From assembly GCA_028534125.1 (NCBI GenBank), contig CM052832.1:16494001-16558000 (forward strand): DNA of 64,000 bases. The letters are read 5' to 3'. Under the pieces are notes generated by a model. That model worked only from the letters and a program-made list of their open reading frames with translations, ran no database searches and was not told the DNA's origin. The position numbers and the translations under genes are program-made. The stretch's first letter is position 1, and each line of letters begins with the position of its first letter. The DNA comes from Lama glama (taxonomy: Eukaryota). Below are positions 24,138 through 37,700 of this stretch, one piece after another.

Positions 24138-24559
24138 GGGGAGAACCTGCGGGGGAAAGAGACAGTGAGCGGGGCGGGGCACGATGCGGAAGACGGGCCT
24201 CCCGCCTGCAGAGACCGCCACCCTGAGAGACGGGGTGGCAGACAGAGAAGGGGACAAGATGCAGTCAGGGAAACCCCGAGGTGAGCAGGGGGAGACAGAG
24301 AGAAACAGACAGGGAGGGAAGAGAGAGGGATGGGGCAGGAACACAGAGAGTGTGCCAGAGGCTGGCAGATAGAGTCAGAGAGAGGGAACAAACCAAAACC
24401 AAACCCACCAAGGCCCAGCGGGGAGGTGCAGGAGGGGTCAGGGCACGGGGGAGGGACCGAACCCAGGGGGGAAGGAGTCCACCCGCCAGGGCAGCCCAGG
24501 GAGATGGGGCGGGAGAGTCTCACCTGCTGTGTGGGGCCTCTTGGCCCGGACGCCTGGGT

Positions 24560-24645
24560 CCCTTTATAGAGGAAGCGGCAGTGGCAGCGTGGCAGGCGGC
24601 GGGCGGGTTCTAGGCCGGGGCTGGGGCCCGGGGAAGCCCCCAGGG
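24560..24645 (-). promoter_or_regulatory. LTA promoter
   Basis: TATAAA (24563-24568), GC box at about 24597-24607 and NF-kB site GGGGCTTCCC (24631-24640). Confidence 0.8.
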
Positions 24646-26334
24646 CTTAGAAGATGCTGCTGTTTCAGTCGAAGGCAGGAAAGGCTGAGGCCTAGGAGAG
24701 AACCGCAGGCTGGGGGCTCAGACGACTGAGTTCTGGGAAAGGGAGTCGGGGTCAGGGGAACCGTGGGCTGGGAGGGCCAGGGAGTGGGGTCAGGCTTAGG
24801 AGTTCCAGAGAAGGGACAGTAAATTCAGAGGAGGAGAAGGGGAGCAGCTGGGGTGTGGGCTGGTCGCCCGGTTCCCTGAAGAGCGATTATGTATAACACC
24901 TTTGCACCCTTGGCTGATTACAGGCTTCTCTCTGTGCACATTTCCTCCTCTGGTACCCCTGTCCTTGTCCCAAAAGGCTCAAGTCACATTTGTCCCAGTA
25001 TGTGTATTTTCCAGCTCATCTGGCAGATTTCACATCAAGAAGTTCCACTAGATACCCTCCTGCCTGGGGCATCCTGGTTTATGCCTGTTGTCTTGGTAGA
25101 AATATTCATGGAGCCCCCTTTTGAGCTCAGAAGTATCCTGGTTTGGAAAATCCTATTCAAGGATGAGGCAAGGAACTCACATATGATGAGATTTTGTCTT
25201 AACTGTTGAAGGATGTTCTCCACCTCATCCCACCCTTAGGTGGGCCCCACAGATCAGACTTATAAACTGTGCCTTCCACACAAATACACTCCAGGATCAA
25301 GGAAAGTGGCAACTTCTAAAGTTCTCTATAGGGGAGGCTTCAGAATCCCACACAGATAGAGCTTAAGGGTGGGTGACCTGGGGTGGGGAGGCAGGCAGTG
25401 AAGAGACTTATCAATGTAACGTCAATGAATGCACTGTTGTAAAATCATTAAGGATTTCCACCTTTTATTGATGTAGACCTTAGGTACAGTGAGGTGCACT
25501 TCTCCTAAGTGGATAGCCTGATGAATTTTTTCATCTGTTTATAGCCATGTAGCCACCACCCAGTGCAACATATTTTTAGGTCCCCAGAACATTCTCTCGG
25601 ACCCTCTCCCAGTTCATATCTTTCAAAGATAACCAACCACTTTCTGACCTCTATCACTATAGACTAGTTCTTCCTGCTTTTGAACTTCATATAAATGAAA
25701 TCCTGTAGACTGTACTCATCTGTGTTTGGCTTCTTTCACTCAAAATTACATTTGTGAGACTAGTCTATATGGCTGTATGCAGCAGTAGTAATTTTTATTT
25801 CACTCTGATGCAATATTCTATTATGAGAATATACTCTAACTTACTTATCTATTCTTCTGTTGATGGGCATTCCATTGGTCTCTAGTTTTTAGCTAGTATG
25901 AAAAACGTTGATATGAACATTCTCGAACATGAGCCAGTTTTCACTTAGCTTGTAGGTTGCAGGTTTTTAAAAAAAGGAAGGTTTCTAAAGATGATTTTAG
26001 TCACGTTTTGTAAGACTGAGAAAGTAACAATTGGCTGCCTCAATTATTATTATTGTTCTTACTTGTTATGCTTTCATTTGGAAGGTTTTGGAGGGCCTGG
26101 GGCTGGGGATGGTGGTGATGGAGGCTAAAGCTCTCCCTCTGTTACACTGGGCAGAAAGTTCCTGAAGGGTCCTGGGGTCCGGTGGCACATACAGGATATT
26201 CAGGGTGTGCATGAGTTATTTTTCTATTTTCCTTCCCCTCCTTGAGGCCTTGAAACTTTGTCTTTCATGCCTTACTAGTCTAACCTATTAGTTCTTTTCG
26301 TTCTCATTCCATCTCTTTGGTTTTCTCTCTATTT

Positions 26335-27060
26335 CACAAACATTTATTGAGCACCTACACAAGGCATTGAGGAGATGAACATGAAGGACAGTCCCTTGAT
26401 CTCTGGGAGCCCAAAGACCAGTGTAGGAGACACAATTATCAGATAATTACAATAAAGTGTGATACATTCTGTGACAGAGGGCTTATGGCAGCCCATAGAA
26501 AAGCCATCGAACTTGGCCTGGGGGAGAGGTGATTCAGGCATCTTATGAAGGGAAAGAAGACGGTGAAACGCATTCGAGATAGAGGGAAGAGAAGGTGCAA
26601 AGACTGGATGTAAAAGAGTATGAAGTGTGCTAACATGTGCAAGCGGGTACAAACAGAAGGAGCAGAGATGAGGCTTGGGAGGTAAGCTGAGAACACATCC
26701 TGGGGGGTTTAAACCCAAGAAAGGAGGTTTGGATTTCCTTCTAAATAGGATGGGGAGCCACCAAAAATTTTAAGTGAGAGAGGAACCCACCCAGATTGGT
26801 ATATTTTTAAAAAATGAGCCTGGAAGCTACACGAAGAAGGAATTGAGAAAGTAAGGATGGGTAAAACATCTGGAATTGAGGTATGGGAGTTGAGGGGCTG
26901 GAGGGGAAACCAGAAGTGCGGAGGGTTTTGCAACAACCCAGCAAGGAAGTGACAGGAGCCTGCCTTTATGTCAAGGTAGCAGTAGGAGAATGGAAAGGAG
27001 AGTTTCTAGGCAAAACCTCCAGGTCTTGGTGGCTGACCAAATGTGACAGAGAAAGACGCA
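26335..27060 (+). mobile_element. LINE-2 remnant
   Basis: AACATTTATTGAGCACCTAC, GGGGAGCCACCAAAAATTTTAAG and other L2 3' motifs. Boundaries approximate. Confidence 0.6.
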
Positions 27061-27329
27061 TAGCCACAGATCCCTCTTTTAAATATCTTGATCTGTATCT
27101 TGGTTTCATTTTATTTCTCTTAACCTCATTGTTTCTTTTGTCACTGTTGGCCTCCCTCTTGGTCCCTGCTCCTTTCCTTTCCTGTGTCCCTTCCTCTAGA
27201 GTCCCTTTTTCTTCCATCAGTCTCTTTCTGCCTCTCCAGTGGTGGGAGCTGATGGACTGAGAGACCTGAGCTGTATTAAAATATAAAATGGTGTTGCCGT
27301 TAATGGTAAGAAATAGAGAGAAAGGGAGA

Positions 27330-27660
27330 AACTTCAATCAGAGAGGAAGACTGGGGCATTGAGGGACAAAAAAGGGAAGGCGAGGAGGAAAAAAGAAGGA
27401 AGGACAAGAACTGGGCCAAGGCTCCTTGTCACGGGTGTTTGCGATGTGCTGAAGGACGTTCCCTGAGATGGGCCAATCTTGGTTTCAATCTCAGTTTCGG
27501 AGGTTGTGTGAAATTTGGTTTCTTTCTTGAGGAGGCCAGCAGTTGGTTTGGGGCTTTCCCTGGGTGGGAGGGGTGATGACTGGAGTCTTGTGCCCCAAAC
27601 TTAGGGAAATACAGTTTCTATAGTGGTCTCTGAGGAGGAACTAGTGAAATCTCTGAGCCC
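27330..27660. promoter_or_regulatory. Candidate distal TNF/LTA enhancer with IRF and NF-kB/NFAT motifs
   Basis: GGTTTCAATCTCAGTTTC (27481-27498), GGTTTCTTTC, GGGGCTTTCC (27550-27559) and GGAAA motifs in a non-repeat island about 3 kb upstream of LTA. Confidence 0.5.
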
Positions 27661-28019
27661 TCCAAATGAGGTTGAACTGACATTAGACTCAAAGTTGAAC
27701 TTCGCCTCAAAACCTAAAGTGGGATTTAATGCCAACTTTGATCCTAACCCATCTTTAACCTCAACTCAAATCACAACTCAAACTCAACCCTAACCTCAAA
27801 TATAAACACAGCTCAATAGATGAAGCCCCAAATAAACTTATCCTCTAAACAAACCTGACCCTGTTTCTAGAGCTAGTCTGGAAATCAACTCATCCCCATG
27901 CTTAACCCTATAGTTAAACCTGACTCTAAATGTAAGTTCAGTCTGAGCCACAAACCCAAAGTTGAGCTTTATTCTGCTTTTACTCCATTATTCACCCAAG
28001 CCTCCATTTAATAATTGAG

Positions 28020-29060
28020 TCTTACTTGAGTGCTTACTATGTGCTGAGCACTGTTCTAGGCAGTAGGGACATAGTGGCTAACAAGTCAGACAAGGAACCT
28101 GCACTCATGGAGCTGACATTCTAGTGAGGCAAGGCAGAAAAGAAATACACTGAAGATGAAATCAGTAAGCAGTGCTATGAGGAAATAAGACAGGGTCATA
28201 TGATACGAATGGCAGGGAACTATTTTAGACACAGGAAAGTCCTTCTTGAGTAAATGGCATTTTAAGCTGAGACCCAAATGATAGGAGTGGCTGAGTGAAG
28301 GTTTGTGGAAGGAGCTTTCCAGGAAAGGGAATAGCTATTGCAAGGGCCGGAAGGTGGAAATGAACTGGGGCTGTTGAGGAACAGAGAGGAGGCCAGTGTG
28401 GCTGGAACAGAGAGAGTGGGAGATGAGTGGGGAATGAGGTCATAGAGGAGGGGCAAGGGCCAGATCACACAAGGCCATGTAAGGATGGGTAAAGCATCTG
28501 GATTTTACTCAACCATGAGAAACTTTGGAGGGTGTCTATGTATGTGTAAATGTATGAATGTGTGCATATGAGACAGAGAGAGGTGTAGGTATGAGGTACA
28601 GGTGATTGGATTTATGTTTTTAAAAGATCATCGTGGCTGCTGTGTTTAGACTGGACTGTAGCGGGGAAGATTGCAAGCAGGGACACCAGTTAGGAGGCAA
28701 TGCAGTCATCCTGGAGAGAAGATGGTGGTAGCCATGAAGATGGAGAGAAGTAGACAAATTTGGGATATATTGGGATATATTTCAGGGGCAGAATTGATAA
28801 GATCAGAAGATTGACTGGATGAATGGTGTTGGAGGTGAGGTGGGGAGACTGGGAGAGAAGCGGGATTCTGATGGGATGGGAGAACTAGAAGTTCAATTTT
28901 GGATTTCAGTTTAAATCTATCGGACAGACATTCCAGTCTTGGATGACATTCAAATCTTGCCAAGAGATGTCACTTGGTAGTTGTATATATGAGTAGATTT
29001 CAGAGGCAATATCAGAACTAGGGTGTCAACACTGGGAACTGTCAGCATGAAGAAAGCCAT
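28020..29060 (+). mobile_element. LINE-2 remnant
   Basis: TTGAGTGCTTACTATGTGC...CTCATGGAGCTGACATTCTAG...GGAGGCCAGTGTGGCTGGA...AGCAGGGACACCAGTTAGGAGGC. More degenerate L2-like sequence continues to about 32500. Confidence 0.7.
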
Positions 29061-29361
29061 GGAATTGGAAGAGATACTTTATCTTGCCCATCTCCGTAAG
29101 ACCCCTTCAAGGTATTTTATGTTTTCCCTCACAATAAATGCAATGTATCTTCCATTCTAAACTCCAGAAGCAATAGCCTCTTGTGTCCAGAAGCAAATCT
29201 CTCCAGGCTTTGTCTTCTTCTGAACTCTCACTGGAAATCCTCCCTGGATTCAATTCCCTATCCAACGAAGAATGCTTCTACCATTCCATTTCACAATATT
29301 TTATGGAACTCCTTATGTGTTCAAATTCTGTTTCACTTTTGAAAGCATCTTCCTCTGGCAC

Positions 29362-29522
29362 ATTGTCACAATTTTTAAAATTTTATTTATTTATTTATTT
29401 TTAGGTGGGGAGGGAGATAATTAGGTTTATTTATTTATTTTTAGAGAAGGTACTGGGGATTGAACCTAGGACCTAGTGCAGCTAAGCATGCACTCTACCA
29501 CTTGAGCTATACCCTCCCCTCC
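29362..29522 (-). mobile_element. tRNA-derived SINE (Vic-1-like)
   Basis: Same head and tail as the 8548-8687 copy. TSD TCCTCTGGCAC at 29351-29361 and 29523-29533. Confidence 0.88.
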
Positions 29523-32500
29523 TCCTCTGGCACTTTGAAACCTGGCTTTCCCCTAATGATGCTCCTTCTGTCTTGGGAGGTGGGAGGCTGCTCTTTCTTT
29601 CACTTCCATCACTAGGGGCAGGAGGAGTCAGAGGGGAAGCCACTCTTCTCTTCTCTCCACTCTGCACCATTGATAACCTCCTCCTCTTCTTGAAGCCCAT
29701 GCCTTTTGCATTTTCCATGTTCTTCCGGTCTTCACAGCACAATCTTCACCAAAATCTCTACCAGGCTCTTAATTTGTATACCTAGCAGTTTTTCTCCACA
29801 TCTCATCCCCTTCTACTAGCTTTAGTGACTTCAAAACCACACAGACATGATGAAATTTACAATCTGGCCTCTCACTGCTTCAAATTTTTCAACTTTCTCA
29901 ACAGCATTATAGCCTCTTTCCCTGCTCCACTTTAGCTACCCATAAGCATACCACCCAGAAGGTGGTACCTCACACCTCAGCATCACTTGGAAAGTCTACA
30001 CCTTCAAGATCTTGAACTCTGAATTTTCCCTCTCATCACAACCACCCACTTTTCACACCTTCCACTCTCTCCCTCCCATTGAGTCAGTTCATTCTTGCCA
30101 AGACCTCCATCTTCTTCTTTCCTTGTTTTCCTTGCTTATTTGGTTTAACCTGTACTGTATAGTCAAAAATTCAACTACCTTCACTAGCACTTTAGGATCA
30201 CTGTCTGATATAGGCTACCAAGAAGACCTTGAAAAACTTGATTTCGGTGAACTCGATGGTCTCATGGTTGGGTCTTTCTCCTAGGCTACCAAGCACTGCA
30301 GGAGAGAGTGATGTCACCATAAGAGGCCTGCCTTCTACTGAGCCTGGCCATCTAACCTCAGACAACCCTCAGTGTTCCCTAAACTTTGTTGATTCCCTTG
30401 TTCTACTCCCGCAGGTGATGTTCTAAATCTCCATGCCTCCCTACTTTTTTACTCTCAGTTGGTGATGCTGTCTTTATTGAGCTTAAGACCATTCAAGGTG
30501 GATCTCTTTACCTCCTTCTTTTCCCTTTAGTTAATATTTCATTTTTCCTTTCTTCTTGACTCAGAGACTCTTCCTCCGGTCCAAGGCTGATGCTTTGTAC
30601 TCTGTATCCCCCTTCTCTGTCCTTACTATACTCTTTCCCACCTTTGTTATGTTTTCAGTATCTTTCTCTTTTCATGTGCCTTCATTTTACATACTCAACT
30701 TTACTTCTTGAAAATAAAAAAAGACTCCCCTGGACTCCCTTTTTTCCCTCAAATATCCATTTCATCTCTCACCTTCCTTTTCTGCATGATGTCTCAAGAG
30801 ACTAGCCCCCTAACTAACCACTTTTTCGGGAACTGGTAAAATTTTCCTCATCTGTAAAATTCGTGGGTTGAACTAGAGATAACTCTCAGTTATCTTTTGT
30901 AGTCACCATTCTATGACTTTGTCTTCACCACCTCCCTTTCTTCACCTCCCACTCATTCCTCAACCTAGGTAAAGCAATTTCTGCCCCTCTGGTAAGTGGA
31001 AACTGTTTTCTCAAAATTTGTAATCGTCTAGTTCCTGAACCCAAAGGATCCTTTGAACTCTCACCTACTAGGCTTCTTTGAAGCATCAGATGTGGCTGCC
31101 CAGTCTCTGCTTGGCACACCCCTCCTTTGCCCTACTTCTCTGAATGCTCCCCCAACCTCTCTCTTTTATTGGTTCCTCTTTCTTTGATCATCCTCAAGGC
31201 TCTTCTGGCCATTCTCTTTTGGGGGGGGGGGATCCTGTTCACTTAGAGGTTGAACCTCCATTGGAAAAGGAACGATGCCATTATTTGTCCCTTCAGCAGC
31301 CCCAACTTTTCTCTTGAGCTCCAAACCTGCTTGCTGGAACTCTCCACCTGAGTATTATGCTAACACCTTAAACTCAGCAGACCTTCTCTGAGCACTTTAC
31401 TACTCTAAGCAGGTGCACCTCCCATCATTACCTGTAGTTGGTATTTGTATATTGTTTGTTTTAGACTGCAAGTCCTGTGAGGGCAGTGACTATTTCATTT
31501 ATACCCATTGTCTAGCAGAGCATCCTGCTCCTATCAGGTCCTTAATAAAAATTTATTGATTGTATGTCTGAAATCAACTCATCTTTCCCCTCAGCCACAC
31601 ATCTTCTTGGTTTAGGGCTTCCGGCATCATCTTTCCAATCCCCTCGGCTCAAAACTTGGAGTCATCTAAGACCCCTCTTCCCTCACTCCCACCATCCAGG
31701 TGGTTGGTTTGTCCTAATGACTTCTCTCCCAAAAGTTTATAAAATCTGTTCCTTCCCTTTAATGCCACTTGGAATGACTGGGACCTAAGTAGACAGGACA
31801 CAAGTTTTGGAGTAAGATAATTTTAATGCTAATTCCACTACTTTTTAGCTGTGACCTTAAGCAAGTTATAGTGTGTGGATAAGCCTCAGTTCCTCAGTTC
31901 CTGTGTATTGGAGAGCCACCACCTACCTTTGGACAGCTGCTGGCAGGATTCTGACGTTAGTTTTGAAAAGGGCTTGACGTGGTTAACATATAGTATGTGT
32001 TCAAAGAATGTCAGCTGTTTTCTTTGTCCCTTGCCTGTACGCCTGCAGCGCTCCCCAGTTCTCCCTCTTCTTCATGGTTGTCACAGCGTCACTGCTCACA
32101 GGATAAAGTCCAAATCCCTTATGTTGACATTCTGTGTCCTTTCTTCAACACGTGCTCCCTCACACCTGCGCTTCATCTACCTCGGGACACTCATCTTTCC
32201 CGAACGTACACACTCTATTTTCTGATGCCCAGCCTCTGTTCAAGGCGTTTCACTCATCGCCGGAGCCTTTCCTTCTATCACCCCTGCCCGCAGAAATCCC
32301 ACCTGTTCATCAGCACCAGCTCAAATGCCCTGTCCCTCTTCAGGGAACCCAGGGTGCCTTCAGTTAGAATTCACCTCCCCTTTCTCTATATCCACCGTAC
32401 CTTACTCTAACATTTACTCAGCATGCCTTGAATCAGTTAATTAGGTATGGGGCCTGCCTCTCTGGTTGGATGTAAACTTGAAGCAGAGTTTGAATTTATC

Positions 32501-34759
32501 TTTGGGCTACTTGATGCTCTGCTGAACTGCACTGAATAGAGTCCCTCCCAGACCCTTTTCTTAACCCAAACCTACCACAATTTCAGTCCCCCAGATTATC
32601 CTCTTCAATCTCACCAGTCTCATTCCCAACCCTGTTTATCTAACTGAACCCCAATGCATTCTCCACTGAGAAGTGATTCCTCATTCCAGCTCTAGAGAGC
32701 AGACAGATGTATACACATCCACCTACCCCAGTGTTTCATTGTAGGCACTGAGTCACCCCTTGGGGATCCCTGGTCCCCCCTCCCCACCCACTCCGTGGTG
32801 GACAGGATGCCTGCTGCCTGGCCCCAGGGGGTCAGAGGAAGCCAGGGCCTCTGGGGCTCAGTATTTTTATCAGCCTAGGAAATAAGAGACACAGAAGCGG
32901 AAACCATGTGGTCAGAGAAAGTGAACAGCCCTCATCTCAGGGGAACCCCCAACAGGGCTGGGGGCCAGACGCCAGGTAGAGACGTTGGAAAGAGGGAGGT
33001 CTGGGGAGCCAGCTAACAGGACTTATTTTGCTTCAGTTTTATGTGACTCTTGCAGAGAGAAAAATAATGTGCTTAAAAACCAGAGAAAAATCTTCTGGGT
33101 AAAGGAACACATTTAGACACTCAAGTTTTCTGTTGCTTACCTCTCAACCCCCAGCTGAGGGATCCTAACCCCAACTCCGCCCCCTACTCTGAACCTGAGC
33201 TCTTTGCATGCCACTTCCGAAAGCTCCGGCCTGTGAGGGGAACCGGACGCCTGGGTTGCTCACAGCTCGAAGTCTCTTCTCTGAATCACAGCAGCTTCCT
33301 CTCACAGGATCTTTCTCACCAGCCCTTCCTCTCCTGCCCCATGAACATCTGCCTGGTCGCTCGGAGACCTGGGGCCTCTTGGCTCTGCCTTCTCCAAAGG
33401 TCTCACTCCCAACCCATATTCCCAGCTTCCAGAGGCGTCCCCTCCCTGTCCCCTATCGCCCTCCACTTCCACTCCTGGGACTTTCTTGTGTAGACCAAAC
33501 CTGAAAAATACGTTTCTGATTCATAAGATTCTCTGCTGCAGACACGTGCAGACTGCACACATGCCAGCACACATCTGTGCTCTCCTCTCAGTCCTGCCCT
33601 TTCTTTTTGCCGAGCTTCCTGTAGTGTCCTGGTGGAGGGCAGTGGGTTTGGTCCTGTCTACAACTTCCTATCCCAGTTCCAGGGAGCTGGAGTCAGAACT
33701 GGGTATGAATAGTGGAAGGGATGGTGCCCCGCTCCTTCCACCTTGGGAATCCTAAACCCTCTCTCTCCACCCTCCAGGATCTCTTCCTCAACCTCAGAAG
33801 GAGATATTTATCTGGAAGGCCAAGATTGGGCTGCCCAGAGACAAGCCCAGGTTTGGAATGGGGCAGAAGCTGGATGGAGGGAACTGAGAATGGGGCTCTA
33901 GAGGAGGAGACACAGGACTGAGAAGGCAGAGAGGAGAGATGGCCTCGGGTGTGGATCCCTGGTTGCCCAAGAATAGACAACCCAAGTTACATAATTTGGC
34001 TCTTTCCACCTCCTTCCCCTGCTCCTAACTTTAGCAACCAAAATTCCACTCCCCCATAGGGCTCTTCCTCCATCCATCCTGCTTCTATCCCCCATCCTCC
34101 CATAGCCTCCTCATGGTCCTCCAGCTCCAGCTGCCCCCAATTCAGATCATTCAGTGACTCAGCAAAGGGAAAGCCCTGTGTTGGGGGACGGGGGTGTTAA
34201 ATGGGGAGGAGGATGTGGTTCTGGTTGGGGAGCTGGGGAGGGGAGGGAAACTGCTTTTGTTCCCCTTTTTGCCTCCGTTCACATCTATTTCTCCAACCAC
34301 TGACTAAAGAGTGGAGAGGAGCCCAGCATAGGGAGTGGAGAGACCAGAGGGCAAACTGGGCCTTCTTAGGGCCGCCCTTGTGGGAGGGCAGGCAGGCGGG
34401 CAAACAGGGAGCTTCTAGTCTCCAGCTGAGGGCACGAGTTAGTGTGTGCATGCATGGTGCAGGTGTGTAGGAGCTGTGGGTTTTGGCAGGCGGAGCGGGA
34501 AAGGAGATGTCATGGGTGATGAAAACCACAGCAATGGAAAAAGGCAGAGGAGACACCAGGAGTGAGATGTGGAACCAGGTCTTATTAGGAAATGGCAGAG
34601 TCAAGGAGCAGTGGCGGTGGCCCACATCCCCCCACCCCCGCTCATTACAAGTTTTGCTCCCACCCCATATCCTCTGCTGTTTAGCACCGGAGGCCTCCTC
34701 CTCGTCATCCCTTTCCTACTGCCCTGCACTCCCTGCAGTTTCTTGCCTTTTTCCTGGGG

Positions 34760-37700
34760 TCACTTGAGGGCCTCCGCATGGCGATTCAGGGCCTGAGAAA
34801 GGGCGGTCACAGCTCCCATCACACGGCCCAGTTCCCAGGTCTCAATCTGGCTTCGGAATCGCTGCAGGAAGCGGTCGGGGTGCCAGCGGACCTGCTGGAC
34901 CCTCAAGTACCTCCTCAGAGCCCCCTGCTCCTCCAAAGGGGGGCCCCTGGCCACCAGAGCTGCAGCCATGGCCTCCGGGTCCCCTCCCCCAGGGCAGGGC
35001 CAGGGTACATCGCCAAAGCGCCAGAGGCTGCCCCTCCCTGCTCCTCTGGGGTGCTCTGCCCTGGGCCCTGCCCTGGCTGGCTCCTGCGCTCGGTCCCCGG
35101 GAGCCTCCTGTGCCCTCCTGGCTCGGCTCTCACGCAGTTCTTCCTCCTTGGCCCGGGCTTGCTCTCGGAAGAGCCGCTGCTCCTCCTCCTGCTGCCGCCA
35201 GCTGTGACTGGAGCCCTCAGCCCGCGGGGGTCGGCAGGCTCCCTCCGCCTCACGCTGCTGCTGCTGGCGCTTCTGGGCATGTTCCCGGGCCATGCGATCT
35301 GACCAGGCTGAGAAGGACTCAGGTTCCTGGGTCTCGTGGGCAGCATCATCTGTTTGGGAGGGCAGGATGGGGGTGGTTGGGGAGAGGCCGTGAGAAGGTG
35401 CCATGGGAGCATTCATGCAGCGAGTGTAGGAAAAGCGGCCACTGGGGAAGAAGGGAGGCTGTGGATGAAAATGGATTCCTTACCTTCAAATCTTCCAATG
35501 ACCTCCTGCCACTCATCCTCCAGCTCTCCCTGTAGCTTCTGTCTCCACTCCCGTTCCTTGGAAGCCTCATCTTCCTCCTCTTCTTCAGCAGAATCCCAGG
35601 GGGGTCCCCAGCCCAGAATTTGCCCAGGGGTCTCCCCATCCTTATTCTTTATTCCCATGGCAGAGGGACAGCGACTCAGCAGTGGCAAGAAGAAATCCGT
35701 GTAGGCTGTTGGTGTGAGAGCATTGAGCAGAAGTTAGCTGGGACTCCCACTCCTTGGCAGGGCCGCCATCTTGAATCCTGCTGGTCACTCCACTCCCTTG
35801 GTCTTAGAGCAACAAAAAGGCTGCCCACATGGATGCCTCCTGGGTACTAGGAAATCACCGTCACTCACAAAATATTTACCGATAGCTTACCACATGCCTG
35901 ATAAGCATGGTAGTTTAAAATATTCTGACCTGTGTCTTCATAAACCAATTTACTGTCCTGGGAGCTCTACTATGTCAAATGACATTTTCCGGCCTGCCTC
36001 TAGCCATCTAGGGGATGTCAAGAACTCCTGACTATGTATTCCATTTCGGGCTTGAATACCTCTCAGTGTGTTTCTCAGCCAAAACTATTCAAACTGATAA
36101 AATACCTGAACATCCTACCCTGTACCATTATAAATATAAAATATGTAATATTTACCTTTTTATATCACTTTTCAATAAACTGAGTAAGATAATTATTTTC
36201 AGGGGAATTTCTCTCAGCCAGCCTTGCCCAGGGGATGCTGGGAGGGGGGTGAGGAGAGGTAGAGAGTCCACACCAGCAAGGAAATTGAGCCACAGAAATG
36301 TTCCCAGCACAAAGCAGACTCTTTCCAAATGACCACTAACCTAAGGCAAGGGAAAGGGGCTGAGACAGAGGGTTTCACCCAGGGGCTGACTGACAGGAGG
36401 CTGGCGGAAAACAGCAGAGGGACTGAAATTTCTGAGTTCCCTTCTTCCTGAGCCCTGACCTCAATGCATCTCCTCTAGTGTTTGCCAAGTACCATGCTGC
36501 TCACTTCACTGCCAACCCAGCACCCTACCCCTGGCCAGCCCCACTTGCCATGGCCTCTTCACTCCCAGGACAGAGGAAGGGGAGTGAGGCACCCTCCCTT
36601 CCTGTAAACCTACTTTCTCTCCCTAGGGCAGGAGGAAATGGGCCAGCAATCCTTAAATCTTTATTCTGTGGTGCTAGAACACACTGGCTACCTTGCAAAA
36701 GGACAGGACAGTGGAAGGGTTGTCCTGCCACTGCCAGGAAAGCAGAAGACAGACTGGGTTCAACCTTGGCTGGCCAAGGCCCACTGCCCCCACTCACCTC
36801 CTGGCACACTTGCATGTCACCCCACCCAAACCACATCAGGACGAGGGCTGAGGGCGCTTGGCTTTAGTACTGATGTGACCCATCACAAGCCCTCCCAACC
36901 TGTCCCACCCAGCAAGTACCTGGTCTTGTCTTTCAACTGTTTATTCCCCACCAGGGTTCATAGCCAGGTGTGAAGGTAGGTGGATGCTCAGGCTTGCACG
37001 GGAGGCTTTTAAATTCACAGATTTTAGGGAGCAAGTCCTCCAACTATATAAAACATGATAAGTAGAATCTGCTACATAATATTAAACAGTCACTAAAAAT
37101 TATGTTTGTGTGTGGAAAAGCTCACCTCAAAACTGTGCAATTGGATCCTATCACAACTGCATAAAAAAAGAGACCAAATCCTATGGTTGAAAAAACAGCC
37201 TGGAGGGAAAGATGTAAAACTTCTAGTCTCTGAGTGGTAGGACTATGGGTGGCTTTCCCCCAGTCTTAGCTGATGTTTTTATGTGAAAGGGACATAATAT
37301 GAAATTTTTTTTAAAGAATGAGTAATAAATTTAATCACTGTTAACAATTTGCTATGGACCCTTCCAGTCCTGTCTTGGTGTATACAGACATACATAATGA
37401 TAATTTCTTTTCAGAGATATGTGACTATACTACAATGTACTGTTTGACAACTTGTTTTTTCACTTAACACCTCATTTATATTTTCCACAGGAGTAGACAT
37501 AGTCTAACTCATTCTTTTTTATGACTGTGTAGTGTTCTGCTGTGTGTATGAAACAAACAAATCTTCCCACCCCCAAAAGACAGACTCTGTTTCCAAAAAT
37601 GATGAGCCTCATGCATCCGTTTTTGTGGACTCCTTACAGTACTTCTGTGGGGGTAGATTCTCAGAAGTGGAATTTCTGAGTCAAACAACATGTACAGTTT

